Positions 28,418 through 38,276 of a DNA stretch of 64,000 bases are shown in pieces. Below the pieces are notes generated by a model. It saw only the letters and a list, made by a program, of their open reading frames with translations. It was not told the DNA's origin and searched no databases. The position numbers were made by a program, and so were the translations under genes. The stretch comes from Candidatus Nanopelagicales bacterium. Its GTDB lineage: Bacteria > Actinomycetota > Actinomycetes > S36-B12 > UBA5976. The DNA is taken from NCBI GenBank assembly GCA_030834185.1, contig JAURFT010000003.1, positions 1,848-65,847 on the forward strand. The letters run 5' to 3'. Position 1 is the first letter of the stretch; every line of letters begins with the position of its first letter.

Positions 28418-29999
28418 CTGCTTCTTCGATAGTTAACAAATTTAAGGGTGAAAAAACTCTAGATACTTGCGGAGAGAACGCAACCGAGTCAATTAGTACC
28501 TCACGCGCAGCGCCTTCAGCAATAACTTCTCCAGCTGAAAGCATTACAACCCGAGCATTTAGCTCTGCTACTAGCTCAACATCATGAGTAGCAATAACCA
28601 CAGAAGTACCTGAACACCCGATGCATCGCAGGGTAGCTAGCAATCTTGATTTGGCATCGTAATCCAAGCCACGAGTAGGTTCATCTAGCAAAAGTAATTT
28701 TGGCGCGCTAGCCATTGTTAAAGCTAACACCAATAAAAGTCGTTGCCCTTCAGATAAGTCATTCGGGGCAACTTCAAAATCTAGCTCTGGTAGAAATTGT
28801 GAGACCATTTTTGCAGTTGTTCCCTTTGGCAATTGCGCAGTTCGATCTGTAAATAAGCACTCCTGTTGCACTGTAGGGTGAAGTAATAAGTCAGCTGGTT
28901 CTTGAGGAACAAATCCAATCTGCCTAATAAAATCAAATCCATGTATTTTGGCCGGATCTTGGCTATTGATTTGAACTTGTCCAGTTAAAGGTTTAACCAG
29001 TCCTGCAAGCACACCCAGCAATGTAGATTTACCAGCACCATTTCTGCCAAGAATTGCTACGGTTTCATTTTTATATACTTCAAAATTCAAATTCTTCAGA
29101 GCCTGCATCGCTCCGTATCTCACACTAACTGCATTAGTGCTAGCAACTAATTCTTCATCTGCTCGATTAATTACTTGAGTAATATCATTCAGTTTTTGAA
29201 TTATTGAGTTTGTGAATTTTCTCGCCTCGCGAACTGAAAGCGGAAGCGGATTCCACCCCAAACGCTTTCCAAGCTGAACTACAGGGGGAGTAATCTCAGA
29301 CATCTGCATCATGGCAGCTGGGTCACCAAAACTAATTGGCATCGCATTTCCTGGCACATAGATAACAGAATCTGCAAATTGCAAAATTCGCTCTAGGCGA
29401 TGCTCTGCAGCAATAACAGTTATTCCAAGATCATGAACTAACCGCTGCAGCGCAGCTAGTACTTCTTCAGCGGCAGCTGGATCAAGTGCGCTGGTTGGTT
29501 CATCTAGTATCAAAACTTTTGGCCGGTTCACTAAAACCGAAGCAATTGCAACACGCTGCTGCTGCCCAGCCGATAGCGATTCAGTGGCCTGCTGCAATAT
29601 TTCAGTGAGACCCATCAGTTCAGCAGCCTCATCGATTCGCTGCCGCATTATTTTGGGATCTACCCCTAAGCATTCCATCGCGTATGCCATTTCATCTTCA
29701 ACCATGCTTGTGACAAAAGAATTGCGAGGATTTTGCGAAACCACACCAACTATTTCTGCAAGGTCACGAGGCTTGAATTGCTTTGTGTTGAATCCAAAAA
29801 TGTCCACATCCCCAGCCAGTAGGCCACCAGTTAAATGAGGAGAGACGCCATTGATTAAATTCAATAAAGTGGACTTACCCGATCCGGTTTTTCCAACAAC
29901 TAAATGAAATTCACCAGCAGCAAGCTGTGCCGAAAAATCCCTAATAACAACTGCGGCTTGGTCATGATAGGCAAAACTTACGGAATTGAAATTAATCAT
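28392..29999 (-). CDS. ECF transporter fused double ATPase (EcfA-EcfA')
   Basis: Two ABC cassettes: GKTGSGKST/LSAGQQQRV/LILDEP and GRNGAGKST/LSEGQRLLL/LLLDEP. Start refined to ATG 29999, which forms an ATGA overlap with the EcfT stop. Confidence 0.9.
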   Translation of the reverse strand: MINFNSVSFAYHDQAAVVIRDFSAQLAAGEFHLVVGKTGSGKSTLLNLINGVSPHLTGGLLAGDVDIFGFNTKQFKPRDLAEIVGVVSQNPRNSFVTSMVEDEMAYAMECLGVDPKIMRQRIDEAAELMGLTEILQQATESLSAGQQQRVAIASVLVNRPKVLILDEPTSALDPAAAEEVLAALQRLVHDLGITVIAAEHRLERILQFADSVIYVPGNAMPISFGDPAAMMQMSEITPPVVQLGKRLGWNPLPLSVREARKFTNSIIQKLNDITQVINRADEELVASTNAVSVRYGAMQALKNLNFEVYKNETVAILGRNGAGKSTLLGVLAGLVKPLTGQVQINSQDPAKIHGFDFIRQIGFVPQEPADLLLHPTVQQECLFTDRTAQLPKGTTAKMVSQFLPELDFEVAPNDLSEGQRLLLVLALTMASAPKLLLLDEPTRGLDYDAKSRLLATLRCIGCSGTSVVIATHDVELVAELNARVVMLSAGEVIAEGAAREVLIDSVAFSPQVSRVFSPLNLLTIEEAVDAIKLAG

Positions 30000-31048
30000 T
30001 TTGTTAACCCACCTGGTGGCTTTGGACAAATAATGATTGGGGAGAGCAGTAGCCCAAATATTACAAGTGATTTAACCAGTTCGTTAGTATTTAAAAGTAC
30101 AGAAACCATTACAAGCAGTATTGCAACAACAAGTAAAGAAAATTCAGTTTGACTAAATTCCAAGTTGCGATAAACAGTTCGCAATTTTAATTTACCACTT
30201 AGTGCAACAGAGATAACTATTAAGAAAATTGCTAACACCAAGATAGTCAAGTTAGTAATGCTCAATGGATTGCGCAGCAGTGAGGTGGTAGCTAAAATCA
30301 TTAGCATCATGCCAGCAATCAAAATTATTGAAACTGTCATGTTGTTGAATTTTGTTGTTTTAATTCTGCCAAATCCCTTCGATTCCATCGCATTCGCTAA
30401 CGTAACAGCGCGGTTGAGAGAGTTTTCGATTAGCGGGAAAAGTAAAGCGAGCTGGTGCCGTATTTTTCTTGCAGGTCTGCCACGTAGCGCTGCAGCTGTT
30501 TTTAATCGCTTGGCATCTGCGCTTAATGCGGGCAAAAACCCAAGCGCAATTACAGTTACTAATCCTGCTTCATAGACGGCATTTGGCAGTGATTTCAGCA
30601 ATAGACTGGGTGGAACGAGCGCAGCAGCCGCCGAAGCAGCAATGATAACTGTCGCCAGCTTGAAGCCATGAGCGATAGCTGCGACCAATCCAGTGCTTCC
30701 CACTTTTCCACCAAGTGAGATGCCGCCAAGCCAGTTTGGTAAATCTAAAACGGGTAAAGTCATTAACACAGGTCCGCCAAAATGAACCCCGAATATTAAT
30801 TCAATAACGATTCTAAACAGCACAATGAATATTGCCAACCTAATAAGCAGGCCAATTGCGTTAGACCATGATCGGGTCGATCTAAATGTAATAAGCACAG
30901 TCAAGATTGCAGTAAAAACTAAAACGTGTGTAATAAAGCTATTACTTAATATTGCCACAACGGCAGCTGATAATCCCCAACCCCACCAAGCCAACGGATG
31001 AACCCATCTGGATTCGCGTTGACTTGGGAAGAGTTGAGTTAACTGCAT
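29996..31048 (-). CDS. ECF transporter transmembrane (T) component, CbiQ family
   Basis: Polytopic protein with a conserved Arg-rich coupling-helix region (ALRGRPARKIR...ANAMESKGFG). Start refined to ATG 31048, 1 nt after the upstream stop. Confidence 0.8.
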   Translation of the reverse strand: MQLTQLFPSQRESRWVHPLAWWGWGLSAAVVAILSNSFITHVLVFTAILTVLITFRSTRSWSNAIGLLIRLAIFIVLFRIVIELIFGVHFGGPVLMTLPVLDLPNWLGGISLGGKVGSTGLVAAIAHGFKLATVIIAASAAAALVPPSLLLKSLPNAVYEAGLVTVIALGFLPALSADAKRLKTAAALRGRPARKIRHQLALLFPLIENSLNRAVTLANAMESKGFGRIKTTKFNNMTVSIILIAGMMLMILATTSLLRNPLSITNLTILVLAIFLIVISVALSGKLKLRTVYRNLEFSQTEFSLLVVAILLVMVSVLLNTNELVKSLVIFGLLLSPIIICPKPPGGLTK

Positions 31049-31049
31049 A

Positions 31050-31694
31050 TTATTTTTTGGTTCTACCGATGAAAAGCACAACTCCAACAACAACTAACAT
31101 GATTCCGGCGTAGATAAAAATATTTCCACCAGTGTCCATTTCGTCCGCTGCTTGCTCTACTGCTTCTACTGGTGTTTCATATGGTGTTGCTTCAACTTCA
31201 GCTATGTCGGGTACTTCAGTTCCACATTCAGTAAGCGGATAGCCATCTATGCCACAAACGAAACCACCATCTGCCCGCACATCAGCTGAGATTGCTAACG
31301 CATCAGCACTTGATCCACCAGCAGGCATGCTTACGCATTCAACTCGGTTTGGACGTGGAGTTTCAGCTGCAGGTGCTTGATCTGCATCACCAAAATCAAT
31401 AACAACAGCCACGCGCGTAATGCCTTCAGTAGCTGCTAAGTCAGGGCAAAGTTCAGCAAAATTTGGCACAGTTCGAGGCTCTGGTGTGTCGGTATCAGTA
31501 CCGATACCAAAACGCCATCCATCTACTGAGCCATCGGCTGGGATATTTTCAGCAGCTCCAACCATCGCCATTGTCCATGCGCCATCAGCTCCGGTAAAAA
31601 AACCCCAGTAACGGTATGACGCTGCACTAGCTGGTAAAGCTGATGCTGCGAGGAAAGAAATTGCGATAAGTACACGTAAAATATTTTTAAACAC
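31050..31694 (-). CDS. Exported, C-terminally membrane-anchored protein (SCO2322-like), first gene of the riboswitch-controlled operon
   Basis: Start refined to GTG 31694 (GGAG 5 nt upstream). This gives the signal peptide MFKNILRVLIAISFLAASALPASA. A C-terminal TM helix is followed by RTKK. The YRYWGFF...DGWRFG pattern is present. Confidence 0.6.
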   Translation of the reverse strand: MFKNILRVLIAISFLAASALPASAASYRYWGFFTGADGAWTMAMVGAAENIPADGSVDGWRFGIGTDTDTPEPRTVPNFAELCPDLAATEGITRVAVVIDFGDADQAPAAETPRPNRVECVSMPAGGSSADALAISADVRADGGFVCGIDGYPLTECGTEVPDIAEVEATPYETPVEAVEQAADEMDTGGNIFIYAGIMLVVVGVVLFIGRTKK

Positions 31695-31746
31695 TGATGC
31701 TCCGTTTCTTGACGGTCGCAAGCAGTAACGGGTTCAAACTGGAGAT

Positions 31747-31777
31747 AAAAAAGCCCTCACACTAAAAATGCGAGGGC
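31747..31777 (-). terminator. Intrinsic terminator of the riboswitch expression platform
   Basis: The minus strand reads GCCCTCGCA-tttttag-TGTGAGGGC followed by TTTTTT: a 9-bp stem with one G-U pair and a U6 tract, 53 nt upstream of the first CDS. Confidence 0.8.
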
Positions 31778-31940
31778 AAAGACCAGGTATTGGACTCCGC
31801 CCGCTGTCCACGACGGGTGTTGGTTGTCGCACACTTGCTAGGCACTCCGACTTATCGCTTGACTACTTGCGTAGGCGACCTACGGTTGCGGGACAGTGCC
31901 GGAATTCGACCGGCTTCCCCTAGACACTCAAGTGCATATT
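31747..31940 (-). promoter_or_regulatory. Cobalamin (B12) riboswitch
   Basis: The minus strand contains the conserved core TAGGGGAAGCCGGTCGAATTCCGGCACTGTCCCGCAACCGTAGG and a B12-box-like AAGTCGGAGTGCCTAGC. Closing-helix arms are GCACTTG...CTAGG / CCTAGCAAGTG, followed by a terminator. Confidence 0.85.
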
Positions 31941-31994
31941 CAGTTATGACTTAACCCTAGCTGCTCTAGCCATAAGATTTCTACTCCAGTTCGC

Positions 31995-33344
31995 GTGTTG
32001 CCGCTGCAGTATGTAAGGGGAGAGGCTTTGAGCGATCAGCCAAAAGAGAAATTGGGATCAAAGTATCGCCGACTTTTTAGCTCAGCTTTGGTATCAAATT
32101 TAGGTGATGGCATAACGATGGTCGCTTATCCATGGTTGGCATCCGCAGTTACCCGCTCACCAATACTTATCGCCCTGATAGCGGTGGCATCAAGATTGCC
32201 ATGGTTACTTTTTTCATTGCCCGCAGGAGTTATAACTGATCGCTTTGACCGCAAAAAGTTAATCATCAGCATGGATTTGCTTCGAGGGGTATTTACCTTG
32301 GGCATTGGAATTATGGTTCTGCTACAACAAACGAACCTACCTGGGTTGAACGAGTTAGCAAATACCCAGATCTCAACCAATTACTTTTTGTACTTTGTTT
32401 TATTGCTAGCAACTTTTGCAACTGGTTGCGCAGAAGTGCTGCGAGATAACTCAGCTCAAACAGTGCTGCCTGCAATAGTTGAAAAATCACAACTAGAAAA
32501 AGCAAATGGTCGACTGTGGTCGGCTGAATCTGTCATGAACACCTTTATTGGTCGACCGCTGGGTAGTTTTATTATTGGCTTTGCCATATTTCTTCCTTTC
32601 TTCATTAACGCTGGAACTTTTTTTATTGCGGCAGCATTGCTGGCTACAATTTCTGGAAGTTTTGCGGCGGCAAAGGTTTCAACAACTGAACAAAATTCGG
32701 CAAATTGGCGAAGCCAGCTTAAAGAGGGTTTAAGCTGGCTATGGCGGCATCCGTTGCTTCGACCATTGGCAATCATCCTTGGGCTTATAAACGGATTAAG
32801 TGCGATGTCAGCAGCAGCTTTTATTTTGTTTGCTCAAGAAATTTTAAACACCTCAGTTTTTGAATTCGCGCTACTGAGCACAGGTGCGGCTGCGGGTGGA
32901 ATCTTGGGTGGAGTTTTTGCGCATCGCATTTCAAAGCGCCTTGGGTCAGGCAGATCTTTGGGCCTAACTATGTTTATTGGTGGTGCGTTAATGATTGCTA
33001 CCGGCTTGGTCTCAAGTTGGTATTTAGTTTGGATTTTTAGTTTTGTTACTACATTTTTAATCATGCTTTGGAACGTAATAACGGTTTCGCTTCGGCAGCA
33101 AATAATTCCAGATCATTTATTAGGTCGAGTAAACAGCGCATACCGATTTTTTGGCTGGGGAATGATGCCAATTGGTTCGATAGTAGGTGGATTTGTTGTT
33201 GCTGCTGTTGAGTTAATCGGACCACGAGAGTGGGCGCTGCGCTCACCATTTTTAGTTGGTGGTGCGCTCAGCCTGGTGTTATTTGCGTTTGCGCGCCAAA
33301 TACTTACAACTGAACGGATCGAAGCAGCTAGAGCAGGCGGTTAA
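31995..33344 (+). CDS. MFS transporter (EntS/DUF894-like)
   Basis: 12 predicted TM segments and the MFS loop motif ITDRFDRKK. A likely better start is TTG 32028, behind a strong SD (AAGGGGAGAGG). Confidence 0.8.
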   Translation: MLPLQYVRGEALSDQPKEKLGSKYRRLFSSALVSNLGDGITMVAYPWLASAVTRSPILIALIAVASRLPWLLFSLPAGVITDRFDRKKLIISMDLLRGVFTLGIGIMVLLQQTNLPGLNELANTQISTNYFLYFVLLLATFATGCAEVLRDNSAQTVLPAIVEKSQLEKANGRLWSAESVMNTFIGRPLGSFIIGFAIFLPFFINAGTFFIAAALLATISGSFAAAKVSTTEQNSANWRSQLKEGLSWLWRHPLLRPLAIILGLINGLSAMSAAAFILFAQEILNTSVFEFALLSTGAAAGGILGGVFAHRISKRLGSGRSLGLTMFIGGALMIATGLVSSWYLVWIFSFVTTFLIMLWNVITVSLRQQIIPDHLLGRVNSAYRFFGWGMMPIGSIVGGFVVAAVELIGPREWALRSPFLVGGALSLVLFAFARQILTTERIEAARAGG

Positions 33345-34339
33345 GCTCGAGGATTGGGTGAGACTGTTTGTTTAACATCGCGCTCAACAACACTGGCAAC
33401 GACATCATCTATTTTTTTCATCACTGCATCATCGAGCACAACATCAATTGCTTTGATGTTGTCAACAATTTGATCTGGACGACTTGCGCCAACAATGGCT
33501 GAGGCAACGTTAGGATTCTTGAGCACCCATGCAATAGCAAGTTGTCCCATGCTAATTCCCAAATCAGCTGCAATTGGCTTTAGATTCTGAACTGCATTTA
33601 ATACGTCATCTCGCATCCAGCGTTCAATCATTCGGGCACCGCCAGCATCAGTTGCACGTGAACCAGCAGGAGCAGGCTGTCCTGGCAGGTACTTGCCAGT
33701 GAGCACACCTTGGGCCATTGGAGACCAAACAATTTGTGAGATGCCATTTTTTACAGATGTTGGAACAACTTCACCTTCGATAACCCGCCACAGCATTGAG
33801 TACTGAGGCTGGTTGGAAACAATTTTGTCGAAGTTCATTTGCTTTGCGATATCAACTGCAGCTTGAATCTGCTCTGCGCTCCATTCAGAGACGCCAATAT
33901 AAAGTGCCTTACCAGAGCGAACAATGTCTTCAAAAGCTCGCATTGTTTCTTCAAGAGGTGTTTCGTGATCAAAGCGATGTGCTTGATACAGATCAACATA
34001 ATCTACTTTTAAACGTCGTAGCGACCCATTAATGGCCTCCATGACATGCTTGCGTGATAAACCGCGATCATTAACACCTTCACCAATTGGCCAATAAACT
34101 TTTGTGAACAGCTCAATACCTTCGCGACGAAAACCCTTAATAGCATCTGCAAGCACAACTTCAGCTTTGGTTCCGGCATAAACATCTGCGGTATCAAAAG
34201 TTGTGATGCCATGTTCATAAGCAGCATGCACTGTCTTTATCGCTTGATCTGCTTCAACCTGGCTACCATGAGTTAACCAGTTGCCGTATGAAATCGCTGA
34301 TACTTTAAATCCGCTGTTTCCTAGGAATCGATACTGCAT
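33341..34339 (-). CDS. Aldo/keto reductase (Kv-beta-like subfamily)
   Basis: MQYRFLGNSGFKVSAISYGNW start, TFDTADVY motif, 332 aa. Confidence 0.85.
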   Translation of the reverse strand: MQYRFLGNSGFKVSAISYGNWLTHGSQVEADQAIKTVHAAYEHGITTFDTADVYAGTKAEVVLADAIKGFRREGIELFTKVYWPIGEGVNDRGLSRKHVMEAINGSLRRLKVDYVDLYQAHRFDHETPLEETMRAFEDIVRSGKALYIGVSEWSAEQIQAAVDIAKQMNFDKIVSNQPQYSMLWRVIEGEVVPTSVKNGISQIVWSPMAQGVLTGKYLPGQPAPAGSRATDAGGARMIERWMRDDVLNAVQNLKPIAADLGISMGQLAIAWVLKNPNVASAIVGASRPDQIVDNIKAIDVVLDDAVMKKIDDVVASVVERDVKQTVSPNPRA

Positions 34340-34341
34340 GA

Positions 34342-34890
34342 TCAGTTACCTGCTTTCTTTTCGATGGGCTTGCCGCCAATTCGTACTTTTGGAGCAGGTA
34401 GTCGCATTCGACGCATTTGTAGCGCCCGACTTACTGCGTACCAACCAATTCTTCTTGTGTCTGGAGTCTTGCCAAATTTAGCTGCAACTCTGCGTCGAAC
34501 TCTAAAAATCATGGCAATTAGGTCTGTAGCAAGAAATACCATCATGAATAACCAAACTAGGTAAATCAATTGCTGCACTGCCAAAACTGGAACCAATGAT
34601 GCTGCCAACACCAGAATTGCAAATGGTAGGAAAATTTCTCCAGCACTCCATCTGCTATCTACTGTGTCACGTACAAAAGAGCGAATCGGACCTTGATCTC
34701 GGGGTGGGAAATATTTCTCGTCATTATCCTTTAAACCTTGGCGCATTTTGGCCGCAGTTTCGCGCTGTTGGGCTCGCATTAACTTCCGAGCGGCCTTGCG
34801 GTCAACTGAAGCTTTTAGTTGTTGCTTTCGGGCTGCTTGAGACTCTTTGCGCTTTGGGGTTGGTCTACCTTTGCCTGATGATTCATTCAC
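34342..34890 (-). CDS. DUF3043 membrane protein
   Basis: Basic N-terminus GKGRPTPKRKESQAARK followed by two TM helices. Rv2206-like position next to glycerate kinase. Confidence 0.65.
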   Translation of the reverse strand: MNESSGKGRPTPKRKESQAARKQQLKASVDRKAARKLMRAQQRETAAKMRQGLKDNDEKYFPPRDQGPIRSFVRDTVDSRWSAGEIFLPFAILVLAASLVPVLAVQQLIYLVWLFMMVFLATDLIAMIFRVRRRVAAKFGKTPDTRRIGWYAVSRALQMRRMRLPAPKVRIGGKPIEKKAGN

Positions 34891-34915
34891 TCCTTAAGTC
34901 TAGGCGGAACCAGCC

Positions 34916-36040
34916 ATGCGTGTCTTAGTTGTCCCAGATTCCTTCACTGGCACCCTTTCCGCCTCCGAAGCCGCAGCTGCCATCACTTCTGGCTGGCGGG
35001 ATGCCGCACCTCACGATGAGCTCATTTCACTGGCGATGTCAGATGGTGGCCCGGGGTTTGTGGCAGCGATGCTAACAAGCGAAAATTATCAAAGCGAAAC
35101 ATTCCAAGTGACTGATTTGCAAGGTCAACTTGTATCAATAGATGTTGCCATTAGTTCTACTAATCCCAAAACTGTTTTTATTGAATCAGCTCAAATTGTT
35201 GGAACGCAGCTTGTTGCATCTAACCCAGTTCGAAGTCCTGGAAGTTACTCCAGTTTTGGAATTGGGGAAGCAATTCTTTGGGCAATTGCAAATCATGCTC
35301 AACGAATTGTGATTGGGCTTGGTGGCACTGCGTTAATAGATGGTGGCGCTGGAATGCTGGCTGCATTAGGTGCGCAACCAAAATCAAAGTTGATGCAAGG
35401 CGGTTTAGCATTAGCGCAGGTCACTGAAATTAATTTGTCGGCTCCTATCGCTAATTTGGCTGGAGTTGAATTAGTTGTAGCTGCAGATGTAGATGTACCG
35501 CTGCTTGGATCACGCGGAGCTGCACTTGGTTTTGGTCTGCAAAAGGGCGCAACCGCTGTACAGCAAGCTGAGCTTGAAGCAGCATTAACTAATTACAGTT
35601 CAATGATGCCAAAACGAATCGATGGCAAAGATGCAGCTTTGATGCTGGGAGCAGGAGCTGCAGGTGGGATTGGCTATGCGGCGTTAGCGTTAGGCGGAAC
35701 TAAGGTTCCAGGTTTTAATTACGTCGCAGCAGCAGTTGAGCTGCTTGAGCAGGTGGCAGTTGCTGATTTGGTCATAACTGGTGAAGGCAGTTTTGATTGG
35801 CAGAGCATGCAAGGAAAAGCAGTCTCACAGCTGGCAGCAATCTGCGCAGCTGCAGGCAAGCCGCTGCTGGTGCTAGCAGGTCGCGTTGATGTTGGCAGGA
35901 GAGAGTGGTCTGCAATTGGAGTAGTTGGAGCCTATGGGTGCTCTGCTGATGGCGAGTTGCCCGATCAGCCGTATGAGGCGCTAGTTAGCCTTGCCAATAG
36001 AGTTGCCAGAACATTTTCACCGGTTTCATGGCAGACTTAG
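34916..36040 (+). CDS. Glycerate kinase
   Basis: Starts MRVLVVPDSFTGTLSA (the canonical motif reads DSFKG) and has a C-terminal ITGEGSFDWQSMQGK block. Confidence 0.85.
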   Translation: MRVLVVPDSFTGTLSASEAAAAITSGWRDAAPHDELISLAMSDGGPGFVAAMLTSENYQSETFQVTDLQGQLVSIDVAISSTNPKTVFIESAQIVGTQLVASNPVRSPGSYSSFGIGEAILWAIANHAQRIVIGLGGTALIDGGAGMLAALGAQPKSKLMQGGLALAQVTEINLSAPIANLAGVELVVAADVDVPLLGSRGAALGFGLQKGATAVQQAELEAALTNYSSMMPKRIDGKDAALMLGAGAAGGIGYAALALGGTKVPGFNYVAAAVELLEQVAVADLVITGEGSFDWQSMQGKAVSQLAAICAAAGKPLLVLAGRVDVGRREWSAIGVVGAYGCSADGELPDQPYEALVSLANRVARTFSPVSWQT

Positions 36041-36061
36041 CCCCTGACGCAAGGAGAGATT

Positions 36062-36406
36062 ATGACTGTTGAAGCAAACACCACATCTGTACAGCTAACT
36101 GATGCTGCAGCTGTGAAGGTAAAAACATTGCTGGACCAAGAAGGTCGAGATGATTTGAACCTACGCGTAGCAGTTCAGCCTGGCGGCTGCAGCGGACTTA
36201 AGTATCAATTATTTTTTGATGATCGCGCTATGGATGGTGATGTCATTAATGACTTCAGCGGCGTAAAAGTTGTTGTAGACAAGATGAGCGTTCCATACCT
36301 ATCAGGTGCAGTAGTTGATTTCGTTGACTCCATTGAAAAGCAGGGATTTACGATCGATAATCCAAATGCTGGTGGATCATGCGCCTGTGGTGACTCTTTC
36401 CACTAA
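36062..36406 (+). CDS. HesB/IscA/ErpA-family iron-sulfur cluster insertion protein
   Basis: 114 aa with cysteines in GGCSG and a C-terminal CACGDSF motif. Confidence 0.9.
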   Translation: MTVEANTTSVQLTDAAAVKVKTLLDQEGRDDLNLRVAVQPGGCSGLKYQLFFDDRAMDGDVINDFSGVKVVVDKMSVPYLSGAVVDFVDSIEKQGFTIDNPNAGGSCACGDSFH

Positions 36407-36429
36407 CCACAAATTAATCTACTTTAACT

Positions 36430-37401
36430 ATGCGCATTATTGTTGCGGGCTCTATTGCCACGGATCACTTAATGCGTTTTCCAGGAAAATTCACTGACTC
36501 CTTAGTTGCCGATCAATTGTCTAATGTGTCGTTGTCATTTTTAGTCGATGATCTTGTAGTGCATCGAGGTGGATCAGGGGCCAACATTGCGTTTGGTTTG
36601 GGAAGCCTTGGCCTTAACCCAATTTTGATCGGTGCGGTTGGTTTGGATTTTCAAGATTACAGATCCTGGTTAGAGCGACATGGCGTTGATTGTGAAAGCA
36701 TTCATGTCAGCGAGGTTGCGCAGACGGCAAGATTTGTCTGCACAACAGATGAAGCGCAGAACCAAATTGCTTCTTTTTATGCCGGCGCAATGAGTGAAGC
36801 GCGAAATGTAGAGCTAAGCCCAACTGTTAGTCGCATAACTGAAGCTCCGCTGATCATAATTGGTCCAGATGATCCAGAGGCAATGCTTCGACATACAGAT
36901 GAATGTCGGCAACGTGGCTACGAATTTGCAGCTGACCCAAGTCAGCAACTTGCTCGAATGGATGGCGATCAAATTCGATTGTTAATCGATGGTGCTAAAT
37001 ACTTGTTTACAAATGAATATGAAGCAGCGCTTACTGAACAAAAAACAGGCTGGTCTGCAACTGAGATTTTGCAACGGGTTGAATTTCGAATTACAACGCT
37101 GGGTGCAAAAGGCGCTCGCATTGAAGCTGCTAGCGGAGCTGTAACTGAAGTGGGCTGCCCCAAGGAGCGAACCTTGGCCGATCCAACTGGGGTTGGCGAT
37201 GGGTTCCGAGCTGGCTTCCTAGCTGGGGTAGCAAAGGGCCTAAACCACGAGCGAGCAGCCCAAATTGGTGCGACATTGGCCACATTAGTTATCGAGAACG
37301 TTGGCCCACAGGAGTATCGCTTTGAGGAAAATGACTTTATTTCAAGGATTTTGGCCACTTATGGCGAACTGGCCGCTGAGGAGATTTCCGCAGTCTTATG
37401 A
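36430..37401 (+). CDS. PfkB-family carbohydrate/adenosine kinase
   Basis: GGSGANIA and DPTGVGDGFRAGF (PfkB signature 2). Position equivalent to adoK (Rv2202c). Confidence 0.8.
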   Translation: MRIIVAGSIATDHLMRFPGKFTDSLVADQLSNVSLSFLVDDLVVHRGGSGANIAFGLGSLGLNPILIGAVGLDFQDYRSWLERHGVDCESIHVSEVAQTARFVCTTDEAQNQIASFYAGAMSEARNVELSPTVSRITEAPLIIIGPDDPEAMLRHTDECRQRGYEFAADPSQQLARMDGDQIRLLIDGAKYLFTNEYEAALTEQKTGWSATEILQRVEFRITTLGAKGARIEAASGAVTEVGCPKERTLADPTGVGDGFRAGFLAGVAKGLNHERAAQIGATLATLVIENVGPQEYRFEENDFISRILATYGELAAEEISAVL

Positions 37402-37454
37402 GGGAACTGCGCTAGCCTTAGCTCGAATCCAACTTAACTAGGAGGACTGTCCCT

Positions 37455-38276
37455 GTGGCTGGCCAGCATTCAACGATGAGGCGAGTAGTTACGTTACTTG
37501 CACTGCTTCCACTTCTTGCTTCCTGCGGCATGGTTGCTGACAACGAGTTCACTCGACTTGGGTTTCCTGAACCAGCAACTGAAGAAGGCCCGGGGATTAT
37601 CACGCTTTGGCAAGGCTTTTGGATAGTTGCGATTGCGGTTGGTCTGTTAGTTATTGGATTGCTAGTTTTTGCGTCTATTAAGTATCGACGTAGATCTGAT
37701 GATGAAGTTCCAGATCAAGTTAGATATAACATTCCAATTGAAATTTTGTACACAGTAGTGCCACTTATTATTGTGCTGGCGCTTTTCGGATTTACCGCAA
37801 AAGAACAAAATAAATTAACAGCGCTATCAGATGAATACACACACGTAGTAAACGTAGTTGGATTCCGTTGGTCGTGGGCTTTTAATTACATTGATAATGA
37901 TGTTTACGAGACAGGCACACCTGGTGTGGTACCAACTTTATATTTGCCAGTTGATGAAAAAGTAAGATTTGAATTAACCTCGCCGGATGTTTTGCACTCT
38001 TTTTGGATTCCATCTTTCTTGTTTAAAATGGATATCGTGCCTGGAGCAATCAACAGATTTGAGCTAACGCCTGATCGAGTTGGAACTTTTGTTGGTAAAT
38101 GTGCCGAGCTATGTGGTCAAGACCACGCTCGAATGTTGTTTAATGTCAAAGTTGTTGATCGTGCTGAATATGACCAATATATTGCAAGCTTAGAAACCAA
38201 AGGCCAAACCGGAATGATTCCACCTGGCATCTTGCCACGAAATGAATCAATTACAAATGCAGGAGCAAGTCGATGA
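37455..38276 (+). CDS. ctaC: Cytochrome c oxidase subunit II
   Basis: GTG start behind AGGAGG, lipobox LLASCG and the CuA site HSFWIP...[12 protein letters not shown]. Confidence 0.95.
   Translation: MAGQHSTMRRVVTLLALLPLLASCGMVADNEFTRLGFPEPATEEGPGIITLWQGFWIVAIAVGLLVIGLLVFASIKYRRRSDDEVPDQVRYNIPIEILYTVVPLIIVLALFGFTAKEQNKLTALSDEYTHVVNVVGFRWSWAFNYIDNDVYETGTPGVVPTLYLPVDEKVRFELTSPDVLHSFWIPSFLFKMDIVPGAINRFELTPDRVGTFVGKCAELCGQDHARMLFNVKVVDRAEYDQYIASLETKGQTGMIPPGILPRNESITNAGASR

Noticed and set aside
27629-31048. The possibility that the riboswitch-controlled transporter is a CbiMNQO cobalt importer
   Set aside because: The S component lacks the CbiM N-terminal MHIxxG metal-binding start, and no CbiN-like small protein is present. 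The fused double ATPase and separate S/T layout fit a group-I ECF vitamin-type system better. Specificity is still unproven.
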